Assembly (NCBI RefSeq): GCF_000485595.1
Contig: NW_014577085.1
Coordinates: forward strand, 371,963 to 435,962
Length of the DNA: 64,000 nt
Direction: 5' to 3'
Origin: Priapulus caudatus
Taxonomy: Eukaryota
Position numbers and translations under genes: made by a program. A model generated the notes under the pieces. That model did not search any database, had not been told where the DNA came from, and saw only the letters and a list, made by a program, of their open reading frames with translations. Shown in pieces: positions 1-13,516 of this stretch (within the stretch, counting starts at the first letter, position 1; each line of letters begins with the position of its first letter).

Positions 1-277
1 GATCCGAATCCGAATCCGATCGGATTCGGATCGGATCGGATTCGGATTATCGGATCCGACGCACAGCTCTAATGTGTGCCTATATACGCAGCTTACTGAT
101 AAGTCCAGCAGGTAATTAAAACGGGCAGGTCTCGGCTTATCTCTGTAATCAGCTTTCATATATTGAGCTCGCTCACGCCAGTAGACCGAATAGGGTGAAG
201 GACTAACGCCATTACACATGTATGGCTGTTTTTGGAGCTATCACACCAGAAGAGAACGCAGATACATGGGTATCATG

Positions 278-634
278 CAGGGGTAGAAATTAACTTTTGA
301 ACACGGGAGTCCAACGGACTCCCTACCCTCAAAAAGGGGGAGTCCGCAGCAAAATGAGGGATCGAGTCCGCAGTCTGAATTTTCAAAATTAAAGATATTT
401 TACAATAACGCATGTGCTTATTTTGAAGATTCATGCGGTTGCACGTCCGCCGAATTTTCTTTGGACATTAGCTGAAAAAATACGGTAATTCCGCGAGGCC
501 TTGCTCTGGAACAAACTAGTTAGTATGGCAGAATTTTCAGGGAGTCGCATGGACTCCTGCATATGTCAAATCAGGGCGTCCGACAGTAAATCAGGGAGTA
601 TTTGACTCCGGACTTCCGTTAATTTCGCACCCTG
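278..634. mobile_element. hAT-like MITE
   Basis: Terminal inverted repeats CAGGGGTAGAAATTAAC / GTTAATTTCGCACCCTG; internal GGAGTC/GACTCC motifs; TSD only degenerate. Confidence 0.6.
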
Positions 635-1111
635 GGTATATATGTCACTGTGTATATAGACCTCGCAACAAAAAGCCTACATACACCTACTGGGAGCATA
701 CTTGCAGTATGCAAACATCACGAAATGTTCTTATTGAGCCAGAAATCTCCTCTATCTAAAACACTATAGACAATCCTACGCTGATTATATGTGCGAAATT
801 AGATGAAATCCATGTGTGACTGTGATATATAAAGAGCGATATACCAGGCGTTCCCAATTTCATCAATTGAATTTTAAAATGTGTCTGGAAAATTGAACGC
901 ATATATGCTTTTTTTGCCAGATGAAACGTTTCGCCAGTTTTCGCTACTCTCATTAGAGTACAAGTCAGTTGATGTCGGTCTTGGCACAGGCACTGGGAAT
1001 GTCTCAATAATAAAAATTATGGTAAATAAACACGAAATGTATTTACTACCAGTCTAAATGTTTCTCTACTCTCTTTCTCTTATTATTGCCGATAATTTTC
1101 TGTAAATGCCG

Positions 1112-1830
1112 TTTTTAGCTCACCTTGACATCGTCAAGATGAGCTATTGCCATGGGGCATTGTCCGTCGTACGTGACGTCCATCCGTCCGTCTGTCCGTC
1201 AACATTTGGCTACGGTCAACGATAACTTGAGAACCGTTCGACCCACAAAATGTTTCAAATTGCATACAGTTGTTACTGTAACTCCTATGGGAGAGATGTG
1301 AACGTCCTATTTTGGACCAGTTGACCTACTTTTGAGCCACACCCACTTTTTGGCAAAAATGGAAATAGCCATATGTCAGGTTCAACGGATTTTGCTCATT
1401 TTTGGTATGTGAATGAATAAGGACTGGCCCCAAAACATATCACATGGGTTTTGATTTTTTTTTAAATTATGCAAATTAGGTAGATTTTGACAATTTCACT
1501 ATGCATCTCAGTGTCTGCCTACGGTCAACGATAACTTAAGAACCGTTTGACCCACATGTTTCAAATTGCATACAGTTGTTACTCCTATGGGAGAGGTTTG
1601 AACGTCCTATTTTGGAGCACACCAGTCGACCTACTTTCGAGCCACGCCCACTTTTTGGCAAAAATGAAAATGGCCATCTAGATTCATTCGATTTTGTTGT
1701 TTTAGTTCTCCTATATATACTCGTTTTATATAATGTAGGTGGATAGTTGCTGAATTCAAAATGACTTGTTGGCACTCGCTCATTTCTGTACTTTTTTGTG
1801 GTGAGCTATAGTGTCATTGACACTTTCATT
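1112..1830 (+). mobile_element. Helentron-associated non-autonomous element (HINE/DINE-1-like), family A copy 1
   Basis: 5' TTTTTAGCTCACC subTIR plus TTGACATCGTCAA hairpin, (GTCC)n microsatellite, ~300-bp internal tandem units, 3' GGTGAGCTA subTIR plus AGTGTCATTGACACT hairpin; near-identical blocks at ~11.5 kb and ~33.1 kb. Confidence 0.8.
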
Positions 1831-2013
1831 TTTATTGAGACGTTCTAAGTGCCTGTGTGATAGCAGCGAGTGTTTGCCGTAGCCGCTTTCACATTGGGAC
1901 TATTTACCGTACACGTGTTTCTGATAGTTGCAGAAATCCACAAATTGGTGTTTCAGCGCAACCAGCTGATTCTCGTGTAGATTACACACATACGGAAAGA
2001 ACTTACACTGTAT

Positions 2014-2049
2014 CAAGAGCGGATAATACCTAGGTATTATCCGCTCTTG
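2014..2049. mobile_element. 36-bp perfect palindrome with 7-bp TSD (P/Galileo-like micro-element)
   Basis: CAAGAGCGGATAATACCTAGGTATTATCCGCTCTTG flanked by ACTGTAT on both sides. Confidence 0.7.
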
Positions 2050-3480
2050 ACTGTATGTACGGCAGCGGTGTATGATGGCAGAATAACGCTATACCAGCTT
2101 TCATGATTAGCTTTCGTTAAATTGTGGTTTTATATATTTATGATATACCAATTTATACTGCCGCGTGTATATGCGATATAATCAAGAATGCATAATATCA
2201 AGAGCGTATTAAGAAGGCGCGTTATTTCTATGGAGATGATGGGGGCAAGTTGTGCCTTTCACTTTTATTTTTTCACGCTGCAGCTTACTGCCTAAATTCA
2301 TATGCAGCTTGCAAATATTTGCACAAGGTTACTGAAACTGATATTGAATAAACAGTCAAAAGTGTTTAATTCACACACACACAACAGCCCCACGTATAAA
2401 CACTCGCGAGTATCAAATTTTCATTTATTTATATTTTTTATTTTGTTATGTAGCATAAATAACCCCGGTTTCCCTGAATTTACTACTGAAACCTTCGCTA
2501 GAGTTTCCGAATCAAATGCTGCGGGTACCGTTGTAGATGAGCTGAAAAAGAGAAGACCTTGGAATGATGAGAGCTGCGTGAGAGGGGATCGATGCGTGCC
2601 GGCAACACTAACAAGGCAATCACTCGCGCAATCCACTTGTCCTCCGTTATTAGCGAGATTCATCATTTTGCCAGCGCGAAATAACGGTGACTGGTACGAA
2701 AAGAGACTAATGGGCCGAGTTGATTGTAAAGAATGGCTAGCGAGAGTAATGAGTGTGTCATGGGTGTGGTTTAGAAGGGCTTCATGAGACAGAGAGACAA
2801 CCAGACAGCAGCAAGTGGCTTTTGGAAACCCGTTTGTTAACCTAAAGATTTCTATCCAGGATAATTTTAATAATTATTTTATTGAAATGTTCGTGGATGG
2901 AGATTTTAATGGTTTTGGTTTGATGCTATAGCTACTGCTACATTTGTCTTTCATCCTGTGTCTTGTAAAGTACCGTGTCCACGCCTTTTGCCCCTCCCAT
3001 AACTAATTATTATTGTTTAAATACAGCTTAGTTTTGTGCAGTATCTTCAGCAGAGGGAGCTATGACACTAAATCTTGATGTTGTATCGGCCCATAACATG
3101 AATAATCTATAACCTCGCCGCTGCTAGCGGTAAATACGCCATCCCTGAAACATGACGCTATTTAGCGCATCTGTAAGTAGTCTACGTGGCAAACGAGAAC
3201 TTGACAGCAAGCGCAGCGTTAACGATGATAAACGGTCAACCGTACTTTATTTAAACACATACGTCTTAGTAGCGACATTCTCTACACGTGGTCCTTCCTT
3301 ACAGCATCAGCTGCTGCCGGCGCGCTCTCGCTACACGCGCGCGGCACCGCGACCTTATTCACAGCGTCCGTACGCCACGAGTCGGCTCCCACCCACGGCC
3401 CACACTCGGCAACAGCGCGGTTCAATGTCGAGTGTTGGCAAGGCCCGCGCGCGGTAGAGCGCTATACGCACAGGCACCAA

Positions 3481-3659
3481 TCAGATGTGGGCGCTGTCGT
3501 TCTCCGGCTGCAGCGCCGTGGAGTCGGTGGACGCCGACAGTTTCTTGATGTGGCGCGCGAGGCTGGCCACGGACTGCGACCGCTCTGACTTGTCTGTCTC
3601 ACGCGCCTGTGAGAGCGTGTTGAGCCTGAGCGGCGCGGCGGCGGCGGCGGTGGCTGCGG
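3481..3659 (-). CDS. Displaced C-terminal tail of the GPCR (AAAAAAPLRLNTLSQARETDKSERSQSVASLARHIKKLSASTDSTALQPENDSAHI*)
   Basis: 3604-3659 is nearly identical to 5979-6030 (GPCR sequence next to the N gap) and continues in frame to a TGA at 3481-3483. Confidence 0.7.
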
Positions 3660-4339
3660 ACCCCCCCCCACACACACACCCACCCGTTACGTCACAGTCA
3701 TTCTCTTCCATTCCCAGTCACTCTAGCTGTCACTGTTGTCTCACTCCGCCAGTGTCCCCGGTGTCACAATACCGTGTTCGACCACACCACCCTCCCTCCC
3801 TGCCGTCGGCACTGACGCAGAACAAGTATAGTGGGATGCGCGCAGACAAACCTTGAGGTCTTCTGGGCACTGTGAAGCCCTTGCATGCTAGGACGTTGGT
3901 GCATTTGGCGGCACAACCCAGCAGGAACCTGCGTTGTGCAGCGACGGGCTGCGTCTCGCTCGACTCCCTCAGTCGAAAGGAGGCCTGTTTGAACAGGAAA
4001 CCTAAACAAATCGATAAAACCGTTGCCAATCAGATGGTGGCATTGCCAATTTTGCCGTATTTTCAGGTTCCTTTCCATTCTTGCGCTCCGTTCGCGCTTT
4101 CCTTTGTATCTTATGTGTCGTGCGTGGAAGGTATCGACCGCCGTGCGATGCGATGTTATTATAATATCTGAACACAGTTAATTATACTCTCGCAATTATT
4201 GTAATATATACAGGCAGGTTGAAACGGAAATATTATGGTGACGACAAGTTAATATGTTAATTGCCTGAAAAACGGGAAGAGAGGGATTCAGTGCACACGC
4301 GCACACATATATAATTATATTCATACATACATTCATTAC

Positions 4340-4760
4340 ATATATTCACACACACACGCACGCACGCACGCACGCACGTACCCACACATACACGTAAGTA
4401 GAGAAGGAGAAAGAGCAATGGCGTAGGTGACGTGCACGCGCGCATGAACGCGCGCACGCACGTACGCACAGAGACTCCACGCACACGCGTACGCTCGCAT
4501 ACACACATGCACGCATCCATGCACGCACGTACCCGTACAGGTACGCATACCTGTAGGTGAAGAGAAGGAGAGGGAAGAAAGAGCAATGACGTAGGTGACA
4601 CGCTCACACCACACACACACGCACGCACGCACGCACGCACGCACGCACACACGCACACACACACAGACACACAGAGACAGAGATAGAGATAGAGATAGAG
4701 ATAGCGAGAGAGAGGGGTCGCAGTGAGAGAGACAGTGGACACAGTGACAGAGAAAAGCCA
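4340..4760. repeat. Compound microsatellite (CA)n/(GCAC)n/(GATAGA)n
   Basis: Directly visible simple repeats; explains the spurious RACV/CV-rich ORFs. Confidence 0.9.
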
Positions 4761-4906
4761 GACGGAGGCAGAAATAGAGGTCAGCGTAATGGGTTGGCAT
4801 ATGTGCACATTTCGTATACGATCGAGGTAAACAGTTGTCAACTCTCCGACGTGTATAAATGTGTTCACGCGTGATAGACATCAGGGCAGATTTAGTCATG
4901 CTCTTA

Positions 4907-5130
4907 GGGTCTATGTCCCCCAGGGTAATGCCGGAATGTACCCTGGTCACTATTTGACATGGTTAGGGTTAGGATTAGGGTTAGGGTTAGGGTTAGGGTT
5001 AGGGTTCGGGTTAGGGTTAGAGTAGGCGTAGGCGACTCCCTAGACACGTTAGTGGAGTAGGCGAGGTACGGTCCGCCATATTAGATAGTACCAGGGTACG
5101 TTCTGGCAGTACCCAGGGAGACATAGACCC
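4907..5130. mobile_element. TIR MITE with internal (TTAGGG)n, family T1 copy 1
   Basis: TIR GGGTCTATGTCCCCCAGGGTAATGCCGGAATGTACCCTGG / CCAGGGTACGTTCTGGCAGTACCCAGGGAGACATAGACCC; about 10 TTAGGG-type units at 4961-5020. Confidence 0.8.
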
Positions 5131-5750
5131 AGTGGTTAGAGTTAGAGGTCGTTAGTGGTTAGAGCGAGGCTGCTCTTGCACGTCTTTCCGTAAATACAGT
5201 CGGAAACTCTTCCATTTAATAAATCGCAATCGTGTAACACATTGCGGTTTTTCGGAAGTAGTTTAGTGTTGTTGTAGTGATTTTAATTTAGCGCATGGAA
5301 AGAAGTAGACAATTATTGCGTGCGTGTGTGATCCATAGAACTGTCTTCACGGAGTATTGATCTCTTGTCTAATCTAACAGAAGAAGTGTGGTTTAATGAT
5401 TAATAGCATCATAACGGTAAAGTCGGATGGGAAACTGTCATAAAATACACAAAAAGGGCACGTGAGTAATGACGTCTTCATCGAAAATTCGGGAAAAACG
5501 GTCGTAAACTACGTGAAATGGGCGCATGGGAAACTACATAATGCAGCGGATCGGTGGAACAGGAACCAGTAACAGGAAATAATTACATGTTATAAAAGGA
5601 CAGGAGACACGCTGTCACTAGACACTACCCGGATTATCATCAGCTAGTAATATAACGTTATCGTATACGCGTCATACGTACGTCATAGGCGCTATACGTC
5701 GTCATCGAAAACACACAGAGTGGAAGGAACACTTGTTCGTATTGCTGATA

Positions 5751-5929
5751 GGGTCTATGTCCCCCAGGGTACTGCCGGAACGTACCCTGGGTACGGTCCG
5801 GTATACCGGAACGTACCCTGGTAACTATCTAGCTGATATGGTTAGGGTTAGTGTTAGAGTTAGGGTTAGGGTTAGAGTTAAGGTTAGGGTTAGGGAGTAG
5901 GCGTAGGCGACTCCCTAGACTTGTTAGTG
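5751..5929. mobile_element. TIR MITE with internal TTAGGG-type repeats, family T1 copy 2 (cut by gap)
   Basis: Same left TIR, TTAGGG/TTAGAG tract and GGAGTAGGCGTAGGCGACTCCCTAGAC motif as 4907-5130. Confidence 0.75.
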
Positions 5930-5978
5930 NNNNNNNNNNNNNNNNNNNNNNNNNNNNNNNNNNNNNNNNNNNNNNNNN

Positions 5979-7085
5979 CGCCTGTGAGAGCGTGTTGAGC
6001 CTGAGCGGCGCGGCGGCGGCGGTGGCTGCAGCGGCGCGGGGGCGGCAGCGCAGCACGCGGCAGGACGCGCGCCGGAAGCTGGCGTTCGTCAGGCTGTAGA
6101 TGTAGAAGTTTGCCGCGAAGTTGACCGCCTCCAGCAGGTTGGCGACGTCGCGGAAGATCGGGAAGGCGACGGTGGCGTCGAGGCGCTCGCGCGCGATCAT
6201 GCGCGTCAGGATGATGAGCAACGCCTGCGGCACCGTGCACACGACGAAGATGATCGACACGCACACGAGCAGCGCCGTCAGGTGGCGCTCCTCGATCGAC
6301 CAGCGCCGGCAGGGGTCGTCGGCGGCGGAGGCTGCGCTGTTGGTGAGCGTGAGGCGGCGGCGGCGTCCGCGCCGTTGTCCGCGCAGGATCAGCGAGTTGA
6401 GCACGACGACGGCGACGACCGGCACAAACTTGTTGACGGTCTCGGCGAGCCACGGCCACACGCGGCCGTAGAAGAACTGCGCGTGCACGTCGGCGTTCCA
6501 GAAGGCGTTGTAGTAGGTGGCGTTGGTCGCCGGGTCGACGCGCGGCGCCACGTAGTAGTCGAAGACGAACGGCGCGTGCAGCGCGAACGCGTACGTGTAG
6601 ATGACGGCGACGACGGTGAGCGCGATGGTGCGCGTGCGCAGACGCAGCGCGCGCAGCGGGTGACAGATCGCGAGGTAGCGGTCGAGCGTCATCGCCATGA
6701 CGATGTGGTTGCTGGCGCAGGCGAGCGCGTTGAAGAGCGGCAGGTAGGCGTGCGCGTAGTAGCGGGCGAGGTGCACGCCGCGCCGCGTCGTCGGCACGCA
6801 GTGCAGCGACGCGAGGAAGCCCGCCCACAGGATGATCTCGCAGAAGTCGGCGACGGCGAGCCAGCGCATGTACGCGTAGGAGACGCCTGCGAGCGCGCGG
6901 TCGCCCGCGCCCCACAGCACGGTGAGGTTGAGCAGGTTGCCGACGCCGCCGGCGACGAGCACGATCGGCAGGCAGACGCGGCACACGTAGAAACGCGTCA
7001 TCGCGACGGCCGCCGCGCCCACCTCCACATTGCAAATGAGGTCGAACGGCGACACGTCGGTGCTCGCGTCTGTGGCATTCGTCAT
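5979..7085 (-). CDS. Class A (rhodopsin-like) neuropeptide GPCR, FMRFamide/myosuppressin/sex-peptide receptor-like; 3' end interrupted by assembly gap
   Basis: Seven hydrophobic segments with GN (TM1), LAVAD (TM2), MTLDRYLAICHPL (DRY), FVVCTVPQ (TM6) and NFAANFYIY (TM7 NFxxY variant typical of this subfamily); N-terminal NAT sequon; first ATG at 7085, frame open to at least 7112. Confidence 0.92.
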
Positions 7086-8844
7086 GGCGATCGTAGTGAC
7101 AGCTGCTGCCACCTTGTGGTGGGCCGCGCTCGCCTATGATACGTTCAGGCTATAGTGCCCGGCCATCGGAATTTCTAGGGAGATGTCTGGTCCGCAGTGC
7201 TTCTGTGTGCTGCTGCTGCTGCTGCTGCCATCTAGCGGGTCAGTCTCCTCAGTTATGATTCGCTCACACTAATGCCTGGTCTTACAGATGTGAGGTGGTC
7301 CAGCCGTAGGACTTTCAGTTCAGATACTGGTTCGGGCACAGCGAGGGGATTATAGATGATGCTGCTGCCATCCTGCCTACTCTGTTATGTATGGCGTTTG
7401 ATCACTAGATGTCTAACAATTATCGTAGGTTTGACCCGATCACCTAGCATGCCAATAACCACCTGTGGGTAATTGCTCGCATGTGACGTTGGGATGTAGC
7501 AAAATCCTTTTAGTAGTAATGACACGCAAGAGAATTCGGCACACACTACACGTCCACGGCACGTCGATGGAAGATACGGTCAAGATAAGGTACATATATA
7601 TGGCGCGTACGCACACGGCCACAGCGTCAGATCGTGGCTAAGGCTTAGTGCAAAAATATACAGCGTTCAGCCGTTTGTGCTGCATCTTTCCTAACGCGGC
7701 AGGCCACTTTATATTACCGTGCTATATAAAATATATATTGCTTTATATGTGCCCTTCGATATCGTTGCAACGTGCGTCACGAGAAAATGTGCTCGTGCGA
7801 AGTGAAAACGGCTATATTATACTGAAATCTCGTGCACTTTAAAACAAATATCCTTTTTACCGTAGAAGTTGCGGCCAGCTTGTTTGTTGAATGGTTGACA
7901 TGATAAAGCGCTGCCAGTGCGGGCGAGAACAAAAACTACGATTCCATATGAAAAAGCACTGGTCACGTGTCTGTCGTTCGTCTGCACAGAAACTCCCAAC
8001 ACACACGTTAGAAATTTGTTGGCGACGCAAGTCAATAAGCACGCCGAGGTTTTGCCCTAGGCCGCGGCAGCAGCGCGCGCTAACGAACCGCTATCCTCCG
8101 CCCAGTGATGCCGCGCGGCGTCTGCGAGAGCGAGAGCTGTGTGGAGCGCAGCAAGGCAGCTCGCTCGCTGCCCCGCGCGCCTAGCTGCTGCGACGCCACC
8201 TCTGCCACCAGTTGGAGTTACCACCGCGTCTGCAACGCCTGTGCGCGCCTGCCTGCTTAGTGCAGCTCCCTGGAGGCGCCAGACGCTTGCGTATAAGGCA
8301 TCTTAGCGGGGAACTCTGAATGTGAAACCCATAGGTGTTAATCCAGCGGGTGTGCAGCCCATATAGTTAAGGCTGCGCGCGTGCCACTGCGTGGCGGGCC
8401 TGTAGCTGAGTACACCTTCCCCGGTAGGGCATGTTTAGTCCGTGGGTGGAACTCGCTGCACGTGGAATGTGTGGGCATGCAACCTGTGGATCCGACACGC
8501 GGATATGAAATTTGTGGGTATGAAACCATCTTTGCGAATGAAATCTGCGGATATATTTTCGACGAGGGTGAATTCTGTGTGTACAAGAGCTGTGGATAGA
8601 AAAGATGTGTGTGTGAAGCTTGTGGGTACGGCTTGCACAAATATACAGGCTGTAGGTTTGCGGGTAAAGAATCACGGTACATACCGTTAGTTAGTTTGTT
8701 TTCCCATTTGACGTTGCAAATAGGAAATGGGTTTCTGACCTATTTCCTATTTTTAAAGTCTAAATAGGAAATGGGAAATGGGTTTCTGATCCGTTTCCTA
8801 TTTTAAAAGTCTGAATAGGAAATGGGAAAAAGAAAAGGAAGGGC

Positions 8845-9105
8845 GTACGTGCGGGTACCGCCGTGTACTGTGCGTGTACCGCGTGACGTGCGGTACCGTG
8901 CGTATGTACCCGCGTTGCACGCGCTGTACCCGTTTGCTACGTGCGGCTGCACCGCTTGCACGTGCGCTGTGGCCCGCGTGTATCGTGCGTGTACCGCAGT
9001 GCACGTGCGGCTCTGTTACCCGCGTAGTACTGTGCGTGCACGTGCGTCTGGTACCGGCGTGTACCCGCGTGTACGTGCGTGTACGTGCGTGGACGTGCGT
9101 GTCTT
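8845..9105. repeat. CpG-rich low-complexity (CGTAC/CGTGC)-type repeat
   Basis: Repeated GTACCCGCGT/ACGTGCG words. Confidence 0.6.
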
Positions 9106-9539
9106 TTGCAGTCCATTTTTGTCATAATATGGTATCAGCACAAGCCGGTTTCCAAATTCTGGCTCATTGTTTATTGGTCACCAACTGGAAAACGGACTGC
9201 ATGACTAGTGAAGTATTTAATTTTACTAAAGCGTGCCTAATGTAGTGAGAGGAAACACGCCAGCAGACATTATTATTATTGTTGTTTGGGAAAATCCTAA
9301 ATAAATCCTAATAAATCCTGATAAATCCTGGGAAAATCCTATAAGTTCTTTCAAAGTAGCTTTGCTGTTTTGATCTCTTCATCATTCAGCTGCAATCAGA
9401 CAATAATCACATTCTATTGCAGTTGTAGCCACCACTGAGGAAGCGTCCTTTCCATACCCCATGCTTTATGGTGGGTCAGCACCTTTACACATGTACACAC
9501 TGATAAGGCAGCACTGTCGTACATGAACTCACTGACGAG

Positions 9540-10270
9540 ACATAACTGTCATATCTGTACTCGTGAGAGAAACGCCAGTACTCCTGTCACACCTGTAACT
9601 CCTTGATGAAGCCTAGTCTACTCACTGCTCCACACCTGTACTACCTTGATGGAAAGCACTAGTAGACTGTCACACCTGTACGTCCTTTGAGTAAGCACTA
9701 GTACTATTGTCACACGCTGTCTACTTCTGAGGAAGACTAGTACTATTGTCACACTGTACTCCTTGAGGAAAGCATGCCAAGGAGTACTACTGTCACATCT
9801 GCTACGTCCTTGAGGAAGCACAGCTACTATTGTCACCACCTGTACTCCCTGATGAAGCCCACTAGTACTATATGTCACTACCTGTAGTCCTTGATGAAGC
9901 ACTAGTACTATTGCGACACCTGGTAGTCCTTGATGACGCACTAGTACTATGTCACACTGTAGTCCTGATGAAGCCACTAGTACTATGTGCCACCCTGTAG
10001 TCCTTGATGACGCCAGCTAGTTTACTATTGCACCGCCTGCTAGTCCTTATGAAGCACTTAGTACTATTGCCACACTGTAGTCTCGATTAAGCAATAGTTC
10101 ACACCTGTACTCTTGATGAAACTAATTTAGCTTCCACCTTTACTCCTAATGAAATCACTAGTACTATTGTCACAACATGCTAGTCCTTTGCATTAAGCAA
10201 TAGTATCACACCTGTACTCCTTGATGAAACAATAGCTTCAAAATTGGACTCCCCTGCATGAAGTATTAGT
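9540..10270. repeat. Degenerate ~39-40-bp minisatellite (CCTTGATGAAGCACTAGTACTATTGTCACACCTGTACT)
   Basis: Tandem units visible, indel-rich; further degenerate units at ~10550-10730. Confidence 0.85.
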
Positions 10271-11055
10271 GCATCACATACTAAATAGGTAAATTCCATG
10301 GAAACGTTGCAGGCTACTATGATACACATCGCGTGCGGGCACTATTGCGTGCGCGGCGCAGCCAATCTATAGCGACTGTTCTAATCCATCGTATTGATGT
10401 TGACCTTCAATGTGTATTCAAAGAATACATCGCACAATACTTTTATTCCCAAATGTTTATTTCCAGCTTGCAATGTGTACGTTTTGGTGCCCCATATATT
10501 GGCTCTATTTAGTATTATAAGTGGTAGGTTACTTATTGTCGCACCCCCTGGGCGCTGTACCCTTGATTGAAACAATAGGCTTCACACCTGTACTCCTGAT
10601 GAAGCCAGTAGTGCTCATTGTCTTTACTATCCTGTACCTTCCCCTGAGTGAGGCAGTATGTATTGTCAACACCTGTACTCTCTGGTGACAGAAGTAGTAC
10701 GTATTCCTACACATTGTACTCCCTGATAAAGCAGCAGCGCACCTCTCACTCTCTCTCAAAAACCGCAGCAGTTTCTAGGAGCACGCGCTGTCTCGCACTG
10801 CTAGCTATTCTAGGAATCTCTAGAAAATTATCTCGCTGTAAAAGCAGCAGCCTCAGTCAGCTCCTCTCTGTTGACTGCTGGCCAAACACACAAATTAAGC
10901 GCGTACTGAAAATGCAACAGCATCAACCTGTTCACGGTGGATAATAGTCAGTGCTTCTTGCCCACGCCTGTTCTCGCTGTGGAAACAGCAATGTCAGCTA
11001 GCGCCGCCTGCCTATAGATTTGGCATAAAAAATACGCTCTCAGCAGTGATATTAT

Positions 11056-11100
11056 CAGGAGTGAAGATAATATAGATATCCTATATTAATCTTACTCTTG
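11056..11100. mobile_element. 45-bp hairpin micro-element with 7-bp TSD
   Basis: CAGGAGT...ACTCTTG imperfect palindrome flanked by ATATTAT on both sides. Confidence 0.65.
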
Positions 11101-11472
11101 ATATTATGTATAGCAGCCAGATGCCGTCACACTTTCTCTTAGATATTGGCATATTCCCAATGGTGGAGAACGTACTATTATTATCTTTACTTCCTGCCGC
11201 TCTTATGGAGCACTCGCATCGTCTCCTGCTACCGACGCCATTCGTACGGTATGCTTATTATTAGTATGATGACGATGAGACTAGCAAGGATCTTTCATCT
11301 CTAGAAACCGACACTGGAAACGGTTGGGTTAGATTATGCGTTATAGGTACGGATATAGGTAGTAGGTAGGAGGCAGGCAGGCAGGCAGACAGGCAGAGAG
11401 GCAGGCAGACAGACAGACAGGAGGGAATAGAGGAGGAGGGAGTGAGGGAGATTGGCAGGTTGATGACATCAG

Positions 11473-12523
11473 GTTCATTTGACATCGTCAAGATGAGCTA
11501 TTGCCATGTGGTGTTGTACGTCTGTACGTCTGTCCGTCCGTCTGTCCGTCCGTCCGTCTGTCCGTCCGTCCGTTCGTCAACATTTGGCTACGGTCAACGA
11601 TAACTCAAGAACCGTTTAACCCACATGTTTCAAATTGCATACAGTTGTTACTCATATGGGAGAGATGTGAACGTCCTATTTTGGAGCACGTCAGTTGACC
11701 TACTTTCGAGCCTCGCCCACTTTTTGGCAAAAATGGAATTGGCCATAAGTCAGTTCAGGTTCAACTGATTTTGCTCATTTTTGGTATGTGGATGAATAAG
11801 GGCTGGCCTTAAAATATATCACAGGGGGTTTTGATTATTTTTTTAATTATGCAAATGAGGTAGATTTTGGCAATTTCACTATGCATTTCAGTGTCTGCCT
11901 ACGGTCAACGATAACTCAAGAACCGTTTGACCCACATGTTTCAAATTGCATACAGTTGTTACTTCTATTGGAGAGATTTGAACGTCCTATTTTGGAGCAC
12001 GCCAGTCGACCTACTTTCGAGCCACGCCCACTTTTTGGCAAAAATGAAAATGGCCATCTAGATTCATTCGATTTTGTTAAATTTTGGTATGTGAATGTGT
12101 AAGGCTAGCCCCAAAACAGTTATTACTCCTATGGGAGAGATGACAACGTCCTATTATGTTTATTTCGTCTAACTGGTTAACAACTCTACAATCATACCTA
12201 CGTCACGTGTAATATTGTGTTTTAGATTCTTCGTTAAAGTAATTTGACTGGAATATTTTATTGTTTTTATTTGCGCGATATTCGAAAACCAAAATGGCGA
12301 TCATTTAGGCGTAGTGCCATCTCTCGCCCAGATTTCAGACTTTCAGATCTGAAACATTTATTTTCGCATCAAAAATTACGCATATATCATTATCAAGATT
12401 AGAGTATATAATGGGAGATATGCTATATAATGGGAGTTCTCCCATATGTACTCCTGCTTTATATACCCCCCTCCCTCTTCTATCACACCCAAGGTGAGCT
12501 ACAGTGCCATTGACACTTTCATT
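11473..12523 (+). mobile_element. HINE/DINE-1-like family A copy 2
   Basis: Shares TTGACATCGTCAAGATGAGC head, (GTCC)n, internal ~300-bp units and GGTGAGCTACAGTGCCATTGACACTTTC tail with 1112-1830. Confidence 0.8.
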
Positions 12524-13516
12524 CGTTTTATGATTGAACGTTTTTCATTTTAGCTTTAGTTCACCGTGTGACGTCCGCTGACCGAAACAACGCAGTTTAC
12601 TCAGCTAACGGCGTCCTCAGCTAACGACTGGCTCATAACACAGTCAATTTTTACGCACCTTGCCACGTGCTCACCTATGCGTGTGCTCAGTAATTTTAAA
12701 TTTGACTGCGGAAATGAAACTAGATTGCGCTGCTTCTAATAATACGAAGAGCAGCTGTGTTTGTGTTGATAGCCAGGAGTTGGATGCTATAGCTGTATCA
12801 ATGGCAAGTCGGTTTGCACACCATTGCAGCAGAACACAGCACGTATCCTACATACACACGGTATTCGGGAACGATCTGTTTGACTATTATTGAACGTGAT
12901 ATCGGTTAAATATCCTGTTCAAATAACCGCTTAATCCATTAAACAGACAACTTGGTAATCTCATCTTTTATATTTTGATTTCTTCCTCCTCTATCGTATG
13001 AAAACTGCGTCATAGTTGTTGGTAGTATACTCTCTGCACTATGCATTTTCGGAATACGTAGTAAACATTAAATAAAATAATAATCAAAGCCCACACTAAA
13101 TACATTCATGTTTTACCAATTCATTCTTAAAATCAGCATCCCTCTACGATGCTTCCTGCGCATGCGTGCAAGTTGTACACGCCTATATGCTCCCTGTGAG
13201 GCGCTTGTGTATTCTTCATGTAATGTACAGCTAATATTAGCGTACGTATCTTTCTTTTAATGCGCACAAACCCGTTTCCTGTGATGTAAATAAAAAGCTT
13301 GGGCCTTTTGTATATAGTTTTTTAATATTATAAATTGTTTAGGGAATGATGTTTTAACTAATTTGTTTGTTTGTTTAATTGCTGTGTGGAAATCCTTGTG
13401 TTTAGCCCTATTTTCGTGTTGTATCTGTTATTTCAGTGCGTTAATTGGTATTGTAAAAGTGAGCTGTGGATGCCATCAAGAGTATGAAAGGGTTTATATG
13501 CTATTGAAGCCACTTA

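Noticed and set aside
2302..2787. 161-aa ORF
   Set aside because: No recognisable domain or splice context; likely a chance ORF.
4257..4950. ~200-aa Cys/Val/Arg-rich ORFs
   Set aside because: Translations of microsatellites.
4961..5020. True telomere or chromosome-fusion scar
   Set aside because: The tract is short and enclosed by TIRs of a repeated MITE.
5890..7139. Long overlapping ORFs 5890-7035 (-) and 6282-7139 (+)
   Set aside because: Shadow frames caused by the extreme GC3 of the GPCR; Arg/Ala/Gly-rich with no recognisable motifs.
9540..10730. Possible hammerhead ribozymes (CTGATGA motifs) or CRISPR array
   Set aside because: No stem II followed by GAAA after CTGATGA and no spacers; an ordinary degenerate minisatellite.
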